A stretch of DNA of 64,000 nucleotides, taken from positions 192,314 through 256,313 of the forward strand of contig JBBDPM010000001.1 of the NCBI GenBank assembly GCA_040876345.1, written 5' to 3'. The translations under genes were made by a program, and so were the position numbers. Below are positions 55,658 to 64,000 of the stretch, in pieces. Each line of letters opens with the position of its first letter. Positions within the stretch are counted from its first letter, which is position 1. Origin of the DNA: Candidatus Woykebacteria bacterium (GTDB lineage: Bacteria; Patescibacteriota; Microgenomatia; Woykebacterales; RBG-16-39-9b). The notes beneath the pieces were generated by a model. That model did no database searches. It was not told where the DNA came from and saw nothing but the letters and a program-made list of their open reading frames with translations.

Positions 55658-57078
55658 TTTTTGATCATTAAGTATAACACCCGATTACTATTTATTATAT
55701 TGGCAGTCTTTTTTATTCTAAAAAGTTTCCTAAACTCTTCTTCAAATTTTTCTTTTGTATAGTTTGGGAAGATGTCCTCCCTTGTAGATAGAAGCTTTTG
55801 GACTTGAGAGTCTTCTTTGGGAACGAATTCAATTATTAAGGATTTACAAATACTAGAAAAAAAGTCCGCCAACTCCCCGAGCGGCAAGTTATTTGATATT
55901 GCTAAGTGATGAATTAAAGCTAAGGCCAGGGCTGCATCGACTGGACCTCGTTTCAAGAGAGAATCTCTTTCGGTGTTTTCCCAGCCTATAGATGGTGATG
56001 GATTGGTGAAATCAATTATTAGGGGTAGAATGTTCTTTTCGGACTTTTCTTTCACTAGTCGATAATTGATTTCGACGGCTGCTGGATCAATATCAAAAGA
56101 AATTGTCCGAATTTCTTTGTCTGCTGCGATGCGGCTGAATAAACCAGTATTTCCACCAACGTCCCACACGGTTTTTGGTCTTTCTTTGTTTAAAAATTCT
56201 TCAACTATTTTTGCCTTTTGCTTCAGAGATTCCGGTATATAATTTAGTTTATTTTCGTAGTAATCTGCCCACTCAGTTCCTTTTGGTTCCCATTTTAGAC
56301 TTTTGACCGCGCCTTCTAAGCTGTCGATCAAACCTAAAAATGATCGTTTGCTCATCTTTCCGCGCATCGCTTCCTTTTTGATGACTTTGTCTTGATACCG
56401 CCTTTGACTAGCAGCGTGCAGATGGAGATGAATAAGGAGAGAGGGTTTGAGTTTAGTTTTTAGAGGTAAGAGACGAGAGGCTAGATCTAGCGGAATTCCA
56501 TCAATATACAACTGAAAAAGGCGAATCAGGCGGATATCTGTGTAGGTCATTAAAGCAAGTGGAGCCAGAAAATGCTGACAAAATTGTTTATACGCAACCC
56601 ATGGATCACCTTCTTTGTACTTTTCAAAAGAAAGAGTGTCGATCAAGACTGGTTTTCCAGCCAAAAATTGAATATTGAAGGCGCTCGCATCCTTGAGGCT
56701 CATGCCATGCTCAAGGGCGATTTTTTGAATCGCAAGGGTTAACAGGGCAGCATCTTTAAGCTGGCTAAAACACCACTCATATGGGTAAGAAATAAAGGGC
56801 ACAGTTTTCGGCTTTATTATTCGATAGGCTTCGGGGCTTTGTTTTTTGTCTGTTGCCACTTCATCGTGAGGGATGAGGTATCCAAGATCAACAAGCTTTT
56901 GGTAAAGGCCCGACTTCATAAGTTGATCGTAGGTTTCCTTGTAAAAAAGATTTATCTGTCGGTAAAGAGTTTTGCCCTCTGAAAACAAAAAACCGCTTGG
57001 GTCCCGAAAGGAAGTAGGTAGCTTACTGCATATCATTGTTTTTAGGGGCAGATTTGGTCTTTTGCTTTTTTCTACCAA
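55654..57078 (-). CDS. class I SAM-dependent methyltransferase with about 270-aa N-terminal domain of unknown function
   Basis: VWDVGGNTGLFS motif I and FDIDP motif II. Overlaps upstream gene by 4 nt. Confidence 0.6.
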   Translation of the reverse strand: MVEKSKRPNLPLKTMICSKLPTSFRDPSGFLFSEGKTLYRQINLFYKETYDQLMKSGLYQKLVDLGYLIPHDEVATDKKQSPEAYRIIKPKTVPFISYPYEWCFSQLKDAALLTLAIQKIALEHGMSLKDASAFNIQFLAGKPVLIDTLSFEKYKEGDPWVAYKQFCQHFLAPLALMTYTDIRLIRLFQLYIDGIPLDLASRLLPLKTKLKPSLLIHLHLHAASQRRYQDKVIKKEAMRGKMSKRSFLGLIDSLEGAVKSLKWEPKGTEWADYYENKLNYIPESLKQKAKIVEEFLNKERPKTVWDVGGNTGLFSRIAADKEIRTISFDIDPAAVEINYRLVKEKSEKNILPLIIDFTNPSPSIGWENTERDSLLKRGPVDAALALALIHHLAISNNLPLGELADFFSSICKSLIIEFVPKEDSQVQKLLSTREDIFPNYTKEKFEEEFRKLFRIKKTANIINSNRVLYLMIKK

Positions 57079-57274
57079 TAAGACTTGTGAAAAAGTCCTT
57101 AATCTGTAGCCAAAATGTTTTCACGGCAAAAAGGGCGCCAACACCAGTGGCAATTAGAATTTGAAGAATGTAACTCCCACTTCCGGGGTCCAAATAAGCG
57201 TGGGCCGGTCGAGCCGAAATTACAAAAAGGGCTAGGAAAAGAAGAAATAAGTTGATGACATTCGATCGCTTCAT
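57023..57274 (-). CDS. small hypothetical membrane protein
   Basis: 83 aa, 2 TM. Confidence 0.3.
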   Translation of the reverse strand: MKRSNVINLFLLFLALFVISARPAHAYLDPGSGSYILQILIATGVGALFAVKTFWLQIKDFFTSLIGRKKQKTKSAPKNNDMQ

Positions 57275-57354
57275 TTTTTAGATTATAGGCGAAAAAATTT
57301 TTTAGCGCAAGTGAATGCTCGTTCGTTGGTTTAGTTTGTGTTAAAATTAAAATA

Positions 57355-57773
57355 ATGAACTGGTTTATTCTGGCAATAATTGCATTTTTTAGTTATGGGG
57401 CGGTTAATCTTTTGTTTAAACTTGCGGAGAGAACTGGATCCAGTGTTGCGGCGATTACAATTGTTCTCTATTTTTTTGGGGGCTCTTTTCGTTAGTTTGG
57501 TTTTGGACTCATAAACAAATAGAACCTTCAGCTTTTCAGTCAAAGGATCTTTTAATTGGAGCTGCTATTGCGGTTGCCAGCCTTAGTGGAAGTATTGCCA
57601 TTCAGCAAGCCTTCAGAGCAGGCCCCGCATCTTTAATATCGCCGATAGTAGCTCTAAATGGAATAATTGTGGTGGCAGCGTCTTTATTAATCTTCAAAGA
57701 GGCGATAACGGCGAAACAATTTTTAGGTTTAATCCTTGCTTTAGCCGCAGTTGTCCTAATCGCCTCGAAATAA
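57355..57773 (+). pseudogene. small EamA/SMR-like 4-TM protein (ArnE/ArnF-size), frameshifted in a T7G5 homopolymer
   Basis: Frame 1 MNWFILAIIAFFSYGAVNLLFKLAERTGSSVAAITIVLYFFGG stops at 57493. The -1 frame continues ...LVWFWTHKQIEPSAFQ...IVALNGIIVVAASLLIFKEAITAKQFLGLILALAAVVLIASK to 57773. Shift at tttttttggggg (57471-57482). Confidence 0.45.
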
Positions 57774-57852
57774 TCAATAATCCAACTAGGTAACTTATAG
57801 GTTTGTTTTACGTTAAATTTGTGTTAGAATTAAGCTCAAATTTTTAATATTC

Positions 57853-59187
57853 ATGCGCGAATTAAAAAAGAAAATTGAAGAAAGAAAAGCAAAAATAGCG
57901 GTTATTGGTCTTGGTTATGTGGGCTTACCAGTCGCCTGCATGCTTGCTAAGGCTGGTTACTCGGTCCTTGGTATAAACCGTGGCCAGGAAAAAGTAGATA
58001 AAATCAACGCTGGTAAATCCCCAATTGAAGGTAAAGAGCCAGGCCTTGAGGATCTTGTGAAGGAGGCAATCGGGACAAAAAGGCTTTTTGCAACCACGGA
58101 GTACGCTGGTCTAAAAGACTCAGACATAATGATTGTGGCCGTAGAAACTCCGGTCGACAAAGCTGACCGCGTGCCTAAATACGAAGCCTTAAGAAGCGCA
58201 CTGACTAGCGTTGCTAAAAACATGAAGAAAGGAAGCTTAGTTATTGTCGAATCGACAATTGCGCCTGGCACCATGAAAAATGTAGTGGCCCCGCTTTTGG
58301 AAGAAGAGTCGGGTCTGAAAGTTGGTAGGGATATTTATCTTGGGAATTGCCCGGAGCGTGTGATGGTTGGGAAGCTCTTGCATAATGTTGCTCATTATCA
58401 CCGGGTGGTTGGCGGTTGGGATAAAGAAACTGCCGCTCTGATGGTCGAGCTTTATAAAACTTACATCGATGGGGATTTGGATCCGGTAGACGTTTCCACC
58501 GCTGAGTTAGTTAAGACAACGGAGAATGCCTACCGTGATTTAGAAGTTGCTTTTGCTAATGAACTTGCTTTAGTAGCCGAAAAACTTGGAGTCAATGTTT
58601 ATGAAGTTCGACGTTTGGTAAACAAAGTTGAGGCGCGTAATGTTCATATGCCGGGAGCCGGTGTGGGCGGGCATTGTATTCCTAAAGACGGGCTTTTGCA
58701 AGTAGCCTTCTTGCGGGGGGATAAGAGTGAAGGGTCAAAACAAGCAATTAATTTGATTGAGACAGTGCGAGCGGTCAACGACTTCATGCCTACCCATATG
58801 ATTGAGCTGTTAGAGGCAGCTTTAAAAGAAGCTGAAATAGAGCCAAAAAAAGCCAATGTTGCCGTGCTTGGGTACAGTTTTTTGGAAAATTCCGACGATA
58901 CTCGCGATACCCCCACCGAGTATCTTTTGAAAAAGTTGGCCAGTAAGGTTGGAAAAATTGTTGTGCAAGATCCTTATGTTGAGTTATACAAAAAGGATTT
59001 AGACAAAGTACTAAAAGAAGCCGATGCTGCGGTTTTTATGGTCGCCCATGATGAATATAAGAGGCTAAGGTTGGAAAAGTTAAGCAAGCTGATGCGTACA
59101 AAAGTTATAATTGATGGGAGAAATATTTTTGATAAAGAAAAAGCAAAAAAATTAGGTTTTGTTTATAAAGGAATAGGTAATGTCTAA
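57853..59187 (+). CDS. UDP-N-acetyl-D-glucosamine/mannosamine 6-dehydrogenase (WbpA/WecC-like)
   Basis: N-terminal IAVIGLGYVGLPVA, catalytic GVGGHCIPKD. UDPG/MGDP dehydrogenase family. Confidence 0.8.
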   Translation: MRELKKKIEERKAKIAVIGLGYVGLPVACMLAKAGYSVLGINRGQEKVDKINAGKSPIEGKEPGLEDLVKEAIGTKRLFATTEYAGLKDSDIMIVAVETPVDKADRVPKYEALRSALTSVAKNMKKGSLVIVESTIAPGTMKNVVAPLLEEESGLKVGRDIYLGNCPERVMVGKLLHNVAHYHRVVGGWDKETAALMVELYKTYIDGDLDPVDVSTAELVKTTENAYRDLEVAFANELALVAEKLGVNVYEVRRLVNKVEARNVHMPGAGVGGHCIPKDGLLQVAFLRGDKSEGSKQAINLIETVRAVNDFMPTHMIELLEAALKEAEIEPKKANVAVLGYSFLENSDDTRDTPTEYLLKKLASKVGKIVVQDPYVELYKKDLDKVLKEADAAVFMVAHDEYKRLRLEKLSKLMRTKVIIDGRNIFDKEKAKKLGFVYKGIGNV

Positions 59188-60214
59188 AAATCCAAAATCC
59201 AAAATCAAAAATCAAAAAAAAATAAAGACTGCGGTGGTCGGTGTTGGTTATATGGGTCAGCATCACGCTAGAATTTACGCAGAGATTCCAAATTCACAAT
59301 TAGTAGCGATCGCCGATTTGAACGAACAGGCTGGAATAGAGATGGCCTCAAAATACAAAGCAAAATATTATAACGACTTTAAAGATATGGTTGAAAAGGA
59401 AAAACCAGACGCTGTTTCTGTCTCAACTCCAACTGCATACCACGCTCCAATAACAATTTGGCTTCTGCAAAAGGGCATAAATGTTCTTCTAGAAAAGCCA
59501 ATCGCCTCTGATATTTTTGAGGCAGCTCAGATTGTAGCAGCAGATCGAGATTCTAGTGGAAAACTTATGGTTGGGCATATTGAATGGTTTAATCCGGTGA
59601 TAATTAAGATTGTAGATTTAATAAAAGAAGGAAAGTTTGGGGAGATACGGGCTCTAGAAGCAGAGCGTCTAAATCCTTATCCACAAGGTAGAGATGATGC
59701 CGTTGGGATAATAAATGATCTTGGTACCCACGATATACACTATCTTCGTAAAATTGCCTTATTAATTGGCAAAAAACCAAATGGAATATTTGCAGTTGGA
59801 GGCACTTCTGGCCTAATTCCAAACAAAAAAGAAAATTATGCCCATATTGTTTTTGACATAGATGATATTGCAATTACCTGTTCTACATCCTGGATTTACC
59901 CGTTTAAGAAAAGAGTCCTTCATGTAGTTGGGGATAAAGGGACTGCGGTTTGTGATTTGGAGCTTAAAAAAATCGAGTTTTTCCCAGCCAATAGTAGGTC
60001 GTATAAAGTTAACTCCCTGCCCTACGATTATGTCGCCCCCGACATGTACACTATTGGTGTCCAGAGAGAGGAGCCATTAAGATTGGAAATTAAAGCTTTT
60101 TTGGACTCAGTTTCAAAGGGCTCTGAAATCCCAATAAGTTCGGAAGAAGCATTTGAGGTGTTAAAAATTGCCAAGGATGCAACTGAGAAAGTTAATGGTA
60201 GAAGTGATGAGTAG
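59180..60214 (+). CDS. Gfo/Idh/MocA-family oxidoreductase (WbpB-like)
   Basis: TAVVGVGYMGQHHA Rossmann start, EKP motif (LLEKPIA). Confidence 0.75.
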   Translation: MSKNPKSKIKNQKKIKTAVVGVGYMGQHHARIYAEIPNSQLVAIADLNEQAGIEMASKYKAKYYNDFKDMVEKEKPDAVSVSTPTAYHAPITIWLLQKGINVLLEKPIASDIFEAAQIVAADRDSSGKLMVGHIEWFNPVIIKIVDLIKEGKFGEIRALEAERLNPYPQGRDDAVGIINDLGTHDIHYLRKIALLIGKKPNGIFAVGGTSGLIPNKKENYAHIVFDIDDIAITCSTSWIYPFKKRVLHVVGDKGTAVCDLELKKIEFFPANSRSYKVNSLPYDYVAPDMYTIGVQREEPLRLEIKAFLDSVSKGSEIPISSEEAFEVLKIAKDATEKVNGRSDE

Positions 60215-60719
60215 GATTCACAAAACTGCAGACATCTCAAAAAAGGTAGTGATAGGGAAGAATACCTTGATTTGGAATAACTCTCAGGTTAGGGATGGAG
60301 CAAAGATAGGTAGAAACTGCGTAATAAGTAAAAATGTATATATCGACCATGACGTCTTTATTGGGGATAATGTCAAGATTCAGAATAATGTTTCGGTTTA
60401 CTATGGTGTGACTGTTGAAGATGGAGTCTTCATAGGTCCGCATGTTTGCTTTACGAATGATAAGAATCCTCGAGCAATTAATCCGGATGAAACGTTGAAA
60501 AAGGGGAGTGATTGGGAAGTGGGTAAGATTTTGGTAAAGAAAGGATCTTCAATCGGAGGCAACGCAACGATATTACCTGGCGTAACCATTGGTGAATGGG
60601 CTCTTGTTGGGGCAGGTAGCGTTGTTACGAAGGATGTAACAGACTTTGGCTTAGTTGTCGGCAACCCAGCAAAGTTGATTGGTTACGTAAACGAAAAAGG
60701 TGAGAAAGTCAAAGATTAA
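60207..60719 (+). CDS. hexapeptide-repeat (left-handed beta-helix) sugar N-acetyltransferase (WbpD/PglD-like)
   Basis: Repeated [LIV]G-x-x-x-x-I hexapeptides. ATG overlaps upstream stop. Confidence 0.75.
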   Translation: MSRIHKTADISKKVVIGKNTLIWNNSQVRDGAKIGRNCVISKNVYIDHDVFIGDNVKIQNNVSVYYGVTVEDGVFIGPHVCFTNDKNPRAINPDETLKKGSDWEVGKILVKKGSSIGGNATILPGVTIGEWALVGAGSVVTKDVTDFGLVVGNPAKLIGYVNEKGEKVKD

Positions 60720-60864
60720 TTTGGATATATATTCTGTCTACCCCCACTCAAACGAATTTTTCATAGCACACGATTTTGTTTAGGATCGAAGAAGTTAATT
60801 ACTTTCTTCGCTTCCCTTAATGTGAAAGAAACCAGCTGATGATTTCTTATCTTGTAACTAGCCT

Positions 60865-60892
60865 TGCTCAATTCAAGTAAAAATAGTAAAAT
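60865..60892 (+). promoter_or_regulatory. candidate promoter for aminotransferase operon
   Basis: TTGCTC-16-TAAAAT, about 12 nt before ATG at 60905. Confidence 0.3.
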
Positions 60893-60904
60893 GTTAGCTT
60901 CACT

Positions 60905-61972
60905 ATGATCCCAATTGCAAAACCTCTTTTAGGTAAAGAAGAAGAAAAAGCAGTTATTGAAGTATTGCGATCCGGTAAACTTGCACAGGGAGAAAAGGTT
61001 GCCGAGTTTGAAGGAGCTTTTGCCAAATATAGTGGTACAAAGTATGCGGTTGCAACCGATAACGGAACAACCGCATTGATGGTTGCTTTGATTGCGGCTG
61101 GTATTGGTTCAGGAGACGAAGTTATAACTAGCCCATTTACATTCATAGCTACCGCTAACTCGATTCTATTTACTGGTGCAAAACCGGTTTTTGTAGATAT
61201 AGATCCAGAAACCTACAATATAGACTCAGCCAAGATCAAGGCAGCAGTTACTAAGAAAACTAAAGCCATTTTGCCAGTTCATCTCTACGGTCTTATGGCC
61301 GATATGCCAGCGATAAATAAAATTGCCAAAAAACACAATTTATTGGTCATTGAAGATGCTGCCCAAGCCCACGGAGCGGATATTGATCGAAAAAAAGCCG
61401 GCAGCTGGGGATTAGTTGGTACTTTCTCTTTTTACCCAACTAAAAATATGACTGCTGGAGAGGGAGGAATGGTTACCACTAATGATGAAACTTTAGCAAA
61501 GAAAGCTAGTATTTTTAGAAACCAGGGAATGGAGAAACGCTATTATCACGACATCCTCGGTTATAACTTTCGGATGACAGATATTGCAGCTGTAATAGGG
61601 ATAGAACAGCTAAAAAAACTAGAGGGCTTTACCAAGAAGAGAATCCAGAACGCTAAGTATTTGACGGAAAAGTTAAAAAATGTCAAAAGCGTTGCTACTC
61701 CGACTGTTCCGGATGGGTATCGTCACGTTTTTCATCAATACACCGTCCGAACAGCTAACCGCCGATATCTAATCTCTAAACTCGAGCAGGCTGGGGTTGG
61801 TTACGGGATTTATTACCCAGTTCCTTTGCACAAGCAGAAGGCGCTCCCTCCTTCTAAACGAGAAACTAAAGCGCCTGTAAGCGAAAAAATAGCTAAACAA
61901 GTGCTTTCTTTACCAATTCACCCAAGTTTGTCTTCGAAAGACTTGGAAACAATCGTTGGGGCTTTAAAATGA
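60905..61972 (+). CDS. DegT/DnrJ/EryC1-family PLP-dependent sugar aminotransferase (WbpE-like)
   Basis: Catalytic-Lys region TFSFYPTKNMTAGEGGMV. Confidence 0.85.
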   Translation: MIPIAKPLLGKEEEKAVIEVLRSGKLAQGEKVAEFEGAFAKYSGTKYAVATDNGTTALMVALIAAGIGSGDEVITSPFTFIATANSILFTGAKPVFVDIDPETYNIDSAKIKAAVTKKTKAILPVHLYGLMADMPAINKIAKKHNLLVIEDAAQAHGADIDRKKAGSWGLVGTFSFYPTKNMTAGEGGMVTTNDETLAKKASIFRNQGMEKRYYHDILGYNFRMTDIAAVIGIEQLKKLEGFTKKRIQNAKYLTEKLKNVKSVATPTVPDGYRHVFHQYTVRTANRRYLISKLEQAGVGYGIYYPVPLHKQKALPPSKRETKAPVSEKIAKQVLSLPIHPSLSSKDLETIVGALK

Positions 61973-62934
61973 GAAAAATAAAGGGTAAAAGTATTTTGGT
62001 TACTGGTGGAGCAGGGTTCATTGGAAGCCACTTGGTGGATGAGTTAATTACAAAAGGGGCGGGAAAAATTATAGTAGTTGATAATTTTTTTCTGGGTAAA
62101 GAAGAGAACTTACAAGAAGCTAAGAAATTTAGAGGTTTTAAGTTGTATCGAGAGGATGCTACAAACTATGGAGTGATGGAAAACATAATCGATAAAGAAA
62201 ATATCGATGTAGTTTTCAATTTAGCTACAAAAGCTCTACTTCATACGTTTGTTGACGCTGATGATGCTTATATAGTAAATGTTGATATAGCTAGTGTTTT
62301 GCTCAGGCTTTTACACAAAAGTAGGTATAAAACCTTAATTCATTTTTCCTCATCAGAAGCTTATGGAACGGCAAAATACGTACCCATTGATGAGAATCAC
62401 CCACTTTTTCCAGAAACGCTTTATGCTGCCGGCAAAGCTTCGGCTGATTTAATGGTCCATTCTTACCACCAAACGTTTGGATTAGATGTTGCAACAGTAA
62501 GACCATTTAATACTTATGGTCCTAGACAAAATGAAGGGACTTATGCTGCAGTAATCCCAATAACAATTAAGAGAATTTTAAATAAAGAAAAACCTGTGCT
62601 CGAAGGAGATGGCAACCAAACAAGAGACTTTACTTTAGTTACTGAAGTTGTTGAAGCAACAATAAAAACATATGAAAATGATAAAACAGTGGGAAAAGTT
62701 ATTAACGTAGCAAGTGGTAAAGAAGCCAAAATAAAGGATATAATTACTACCATTTGCAAGCTTCTTGAATACAAAGGTAGTTGGGAAAAAAAACCAATTC
62801 GCCCGGCCGATGTAAGAAGACATCTAGCTAACATTTCGCTCGCGAGAAAATTGTTGAAATATCAGCCAAAAGTCTCCTTAAAGATAGGTTTGCAAGAAAC
62901 AGTTAGCTGGTATGTAAAAAAATTAAAAAGGTAA
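61969..62934 (+). CDS. NAD-dependent sugar epimerase/dehydratase
   Basis: ILVTGGAGFIGSH. YAAGK (YxxxK). Confidence 0.75.
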   Translation: MRKIKGKSILVTGGAGFIGSHLVDELITKGAGKIIVVDNFFLGKEENLQEAKKFRGFKLYREDATNYGVMENIIDKENIDVVFNLATKALLHTFVDADDAYIVNVDIASVLLRLLHKSRYKTLIHFSSSEAYGTAKYVPIDENHPLFPETLYAAGKASADLMVHSYHQTFGLDVATVRPFNTYGPRQNEGTYAAVIPITIKRILNKEKPVLEGDGNQTRDFTLVTEVVEATIKTYENDKTVGKVINVASGKEAKIKDIITTICKLLEYKGSWEKKPIRPADVRRHLANISLARKLLKYQPKVSLKIGLQETVSWYVKKLKR

Positions 62935-62938
62935 AATA

Positions 62939-64000
62939 ATGATACGATTAGCTTGGCCGGATGTAAAATATGAAGATGTTAAAAATGATTTTAAAGAAAT
63001 TGTCGATTCTGGTCAGCTAACAAGAGGTAAGTTTGTTAAGAGTTTTGAAGAAGGCTTAGCAAGATACATTGGTACGAAATTTGCTGTGGCAACAACTTCG
63101 GCCACTACGTCACTCCATCTCTCCCTAGCTGTTCTAGGAGTTAAAGAAGGGGATGAGGTGCTGGTTTCTGACTTCACTCATCCGGCCACAGGGAATGTAG
63201 TAATAGAAGTGGGAGCAAAACCGGTATTGGTTGATATAAACCCAGAAGATTTTTGTTTGGATTTTGAAGATTTAAAGAAGAAAATAACATCAAGGACGAA
63301 AGCCATTATTCCAGTTCATCCCTTTGGCTACCCGGTAAACATGGAAAAACTAATGTTGATCGCCAGAGAAAAAGGTCTTTACGTAATTGAAGATGCTGCT
63401 ACGGCTATTGGAGCCTCAATAAATGGAAAACTTTGTGGAGCTTGGGGAAATCTAGGCTGTTTTAGTTTTCACCCACGAAAGACATTAACTACAGGAGAGG
63501 GTGGTCTGATCACTACCGATGACAAAAACTACGCCGATGCTGCTCTGGAACTGCGAAACCATGGAGGAAGATTAGAAGGCAAAAACCATGTTTTTACTTT
63601 TCGAAAGGCGGGCTTCAATTATCGAATGACCGAAATGCAAGCAGCTTTGGGACTTAGTCAGATAAACAGACTTGAACAAATTATTGTAAAATTGGAAGAG
63701 TTTGCCCAAGTATATATTGAGAAACTGAGAAGTTTTTCTTACCTTGATCTTCCCAAAGTGCCAACTTATGGTAAAAGAGTTTTTCAGTCTTTTGTGGTAA
63801 CTCTGGACCCTGCCTTAGACCGTGACAAAATCATCGAAAAAATGGCTGAAAAAGGGATTGAGACTACCATTGGTACTTATGCTTTGCATGCCCAAGCAGC
63901 CTACGAAAGTCTTGGTTATAAGAGTGGTGATTTAAAAAACTCCTTTAACGCATTTAGACAGACACTCGCCCTTCCCCTGCATAATCACCTTACGATCAAA
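62939..64000 (+). CDS. second DegT-family sugar aminotransferase (3' end beyond window)
   Basis: CFSFHPRKTLTTGEGGLI Lys region. No stop before window end. Confidence 0.75.
   Translation, partial: MIRLAWPDVKYEDVKNDFKEIVDSGQLTRGKFVKSFEEGLARYIGTKFAVATTSATTSLHLSLAVLGVKEGDEVLVSDFTHPATGNVVIEVGAKPVLVDINPEDFCLDFEDLKKKITSRTKAIIPVHPFGYPVNMEKLMLIAREKGLYVIEDAATAIGASINGKLCGAWGNLGCFSFHPRKTLTTGEGGLITTDDKNYADAALELRNHGGRLEGKNHVFTFRKAGFNYRMTEMQAALGLSQINRLEQIIVKLEEFAQVYIEKLRSFSYLDLPKVPTYGKRVFQSFVVTLDPALDRDKIIEKMAEKGIETTIGTYALHAQAAYESLGYKSGDLKNSFNAFRQTLALPLHNHLTIK

Noticed and set aside
60757-60784. Near-palindrome CGAAGAAGT-TAAT-TACTTTCTTCG downstream of the acetyltransferase gene
   Set aside because: No following T-tract on either strand, so not a convincing intrinsic terminator. 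Could be a protein-binding site but no supporting context.
1-64000. Searched for CRISPR arrays, reverse transcriptases (YxDD) / DGR template-variable repeat pairs, integrases/recombinases and additional tRNAs
   Set aside because: No regularly spaced short direct repeats. No YADD-containing ORF despite the repeat-rich tail-fibre gene. No tyrosine/serine recombinase motifs in any ORF. Only one convincing tRNA.

Overview
This 64 kb window has low G+C (about 38% by eye) and is densely coded. Gene content suggests a small-genome bacterium, probably Candidate Phyla Radiation/Patescibacteria; this is inference only. The evidence is a class-I LysRS, an archaeal-type UMP kinase, pyruvoyl arginine decarboxylase, a 92-aa TsaB, pilin-like proteins and many envelope-glycan genes. 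Order of content: (1) 47-4421, a minus-strand isoprenoid/polar-lipid operon (UbiA prenyltransferase, PEP-utiliser-domain protein, CDP-alcohol phosphatidyltransferase, GNAT, CTP-transferase-like membrane protein). (2) 4617-8285, a tightly coupled minus-strand operon of a frameshifted SRPBCC gene, a radical-SAM/SPASM enzyme, an internally duplicated polytopic membrane protein and a membrane-anchored pilin-like protein. (3) 8.4-13.5 kb, a compositionally mosaic accessory patch around tRNA-Glu(CUC): a multiply frameshifted phage-tail-fibre-like repeat gene, an AbiEii-like fragment, a replication-relaxation protein, an AT-rich PhnB-like gene, and a GC-rich block carrying a frameshifted PlsC-type acyltransferase. 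(4) 13.6-31.8 kb, housekeeping genes (greA, lysK, serS, uppP, tsaB, tsaE, pdaD, pyrH, GGPP synthase, ftsEX with an M23/EnvC-like gene, prfB) plus a sensor kinase. (5) 32-42.7 kb, membrane proteins, a GT2-GtrA, NDH-2, a Zur-ZupT pair, a MarR plus ABC exporter, and a quinone oxidoreductase. (6) 42.7-45.5 kb, the most unusual feature. Two toxin-antitoxin cassettes (phd-relE; higBA plus an unknown 322-aa protein) are stacked immediately 3' of secA, each delimited by a degenerate direct copy of the last ~60-100 nt of secA. That pattern indicates serial site-specific insertions into the secA 3' end with no integrase present. (7) An IS481-family element (48254-49337) with terminal inverted repeats and a frameshifted transposase. 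(8) 49.5-64 kb, a cell-envelope glycan locus (Dpm1-like GT2, epimerases, YvcK, glmS, LtaS-like, methyltransferase) and a Wbp-like UDP-2,3-diacetamido-2,3-dideoxy-glucuronate set: 6-dehydrogenase, Gfo/Idh/MocA oxidoreductase, hexapeptide acetyltransferase and two DegT aminotransferases. Five independent apparent frameshifts occur (SRPBCC, tail fibre, PlsC, transposase, small EamA gene); these are either pseudogenes or homopolymer read errors.
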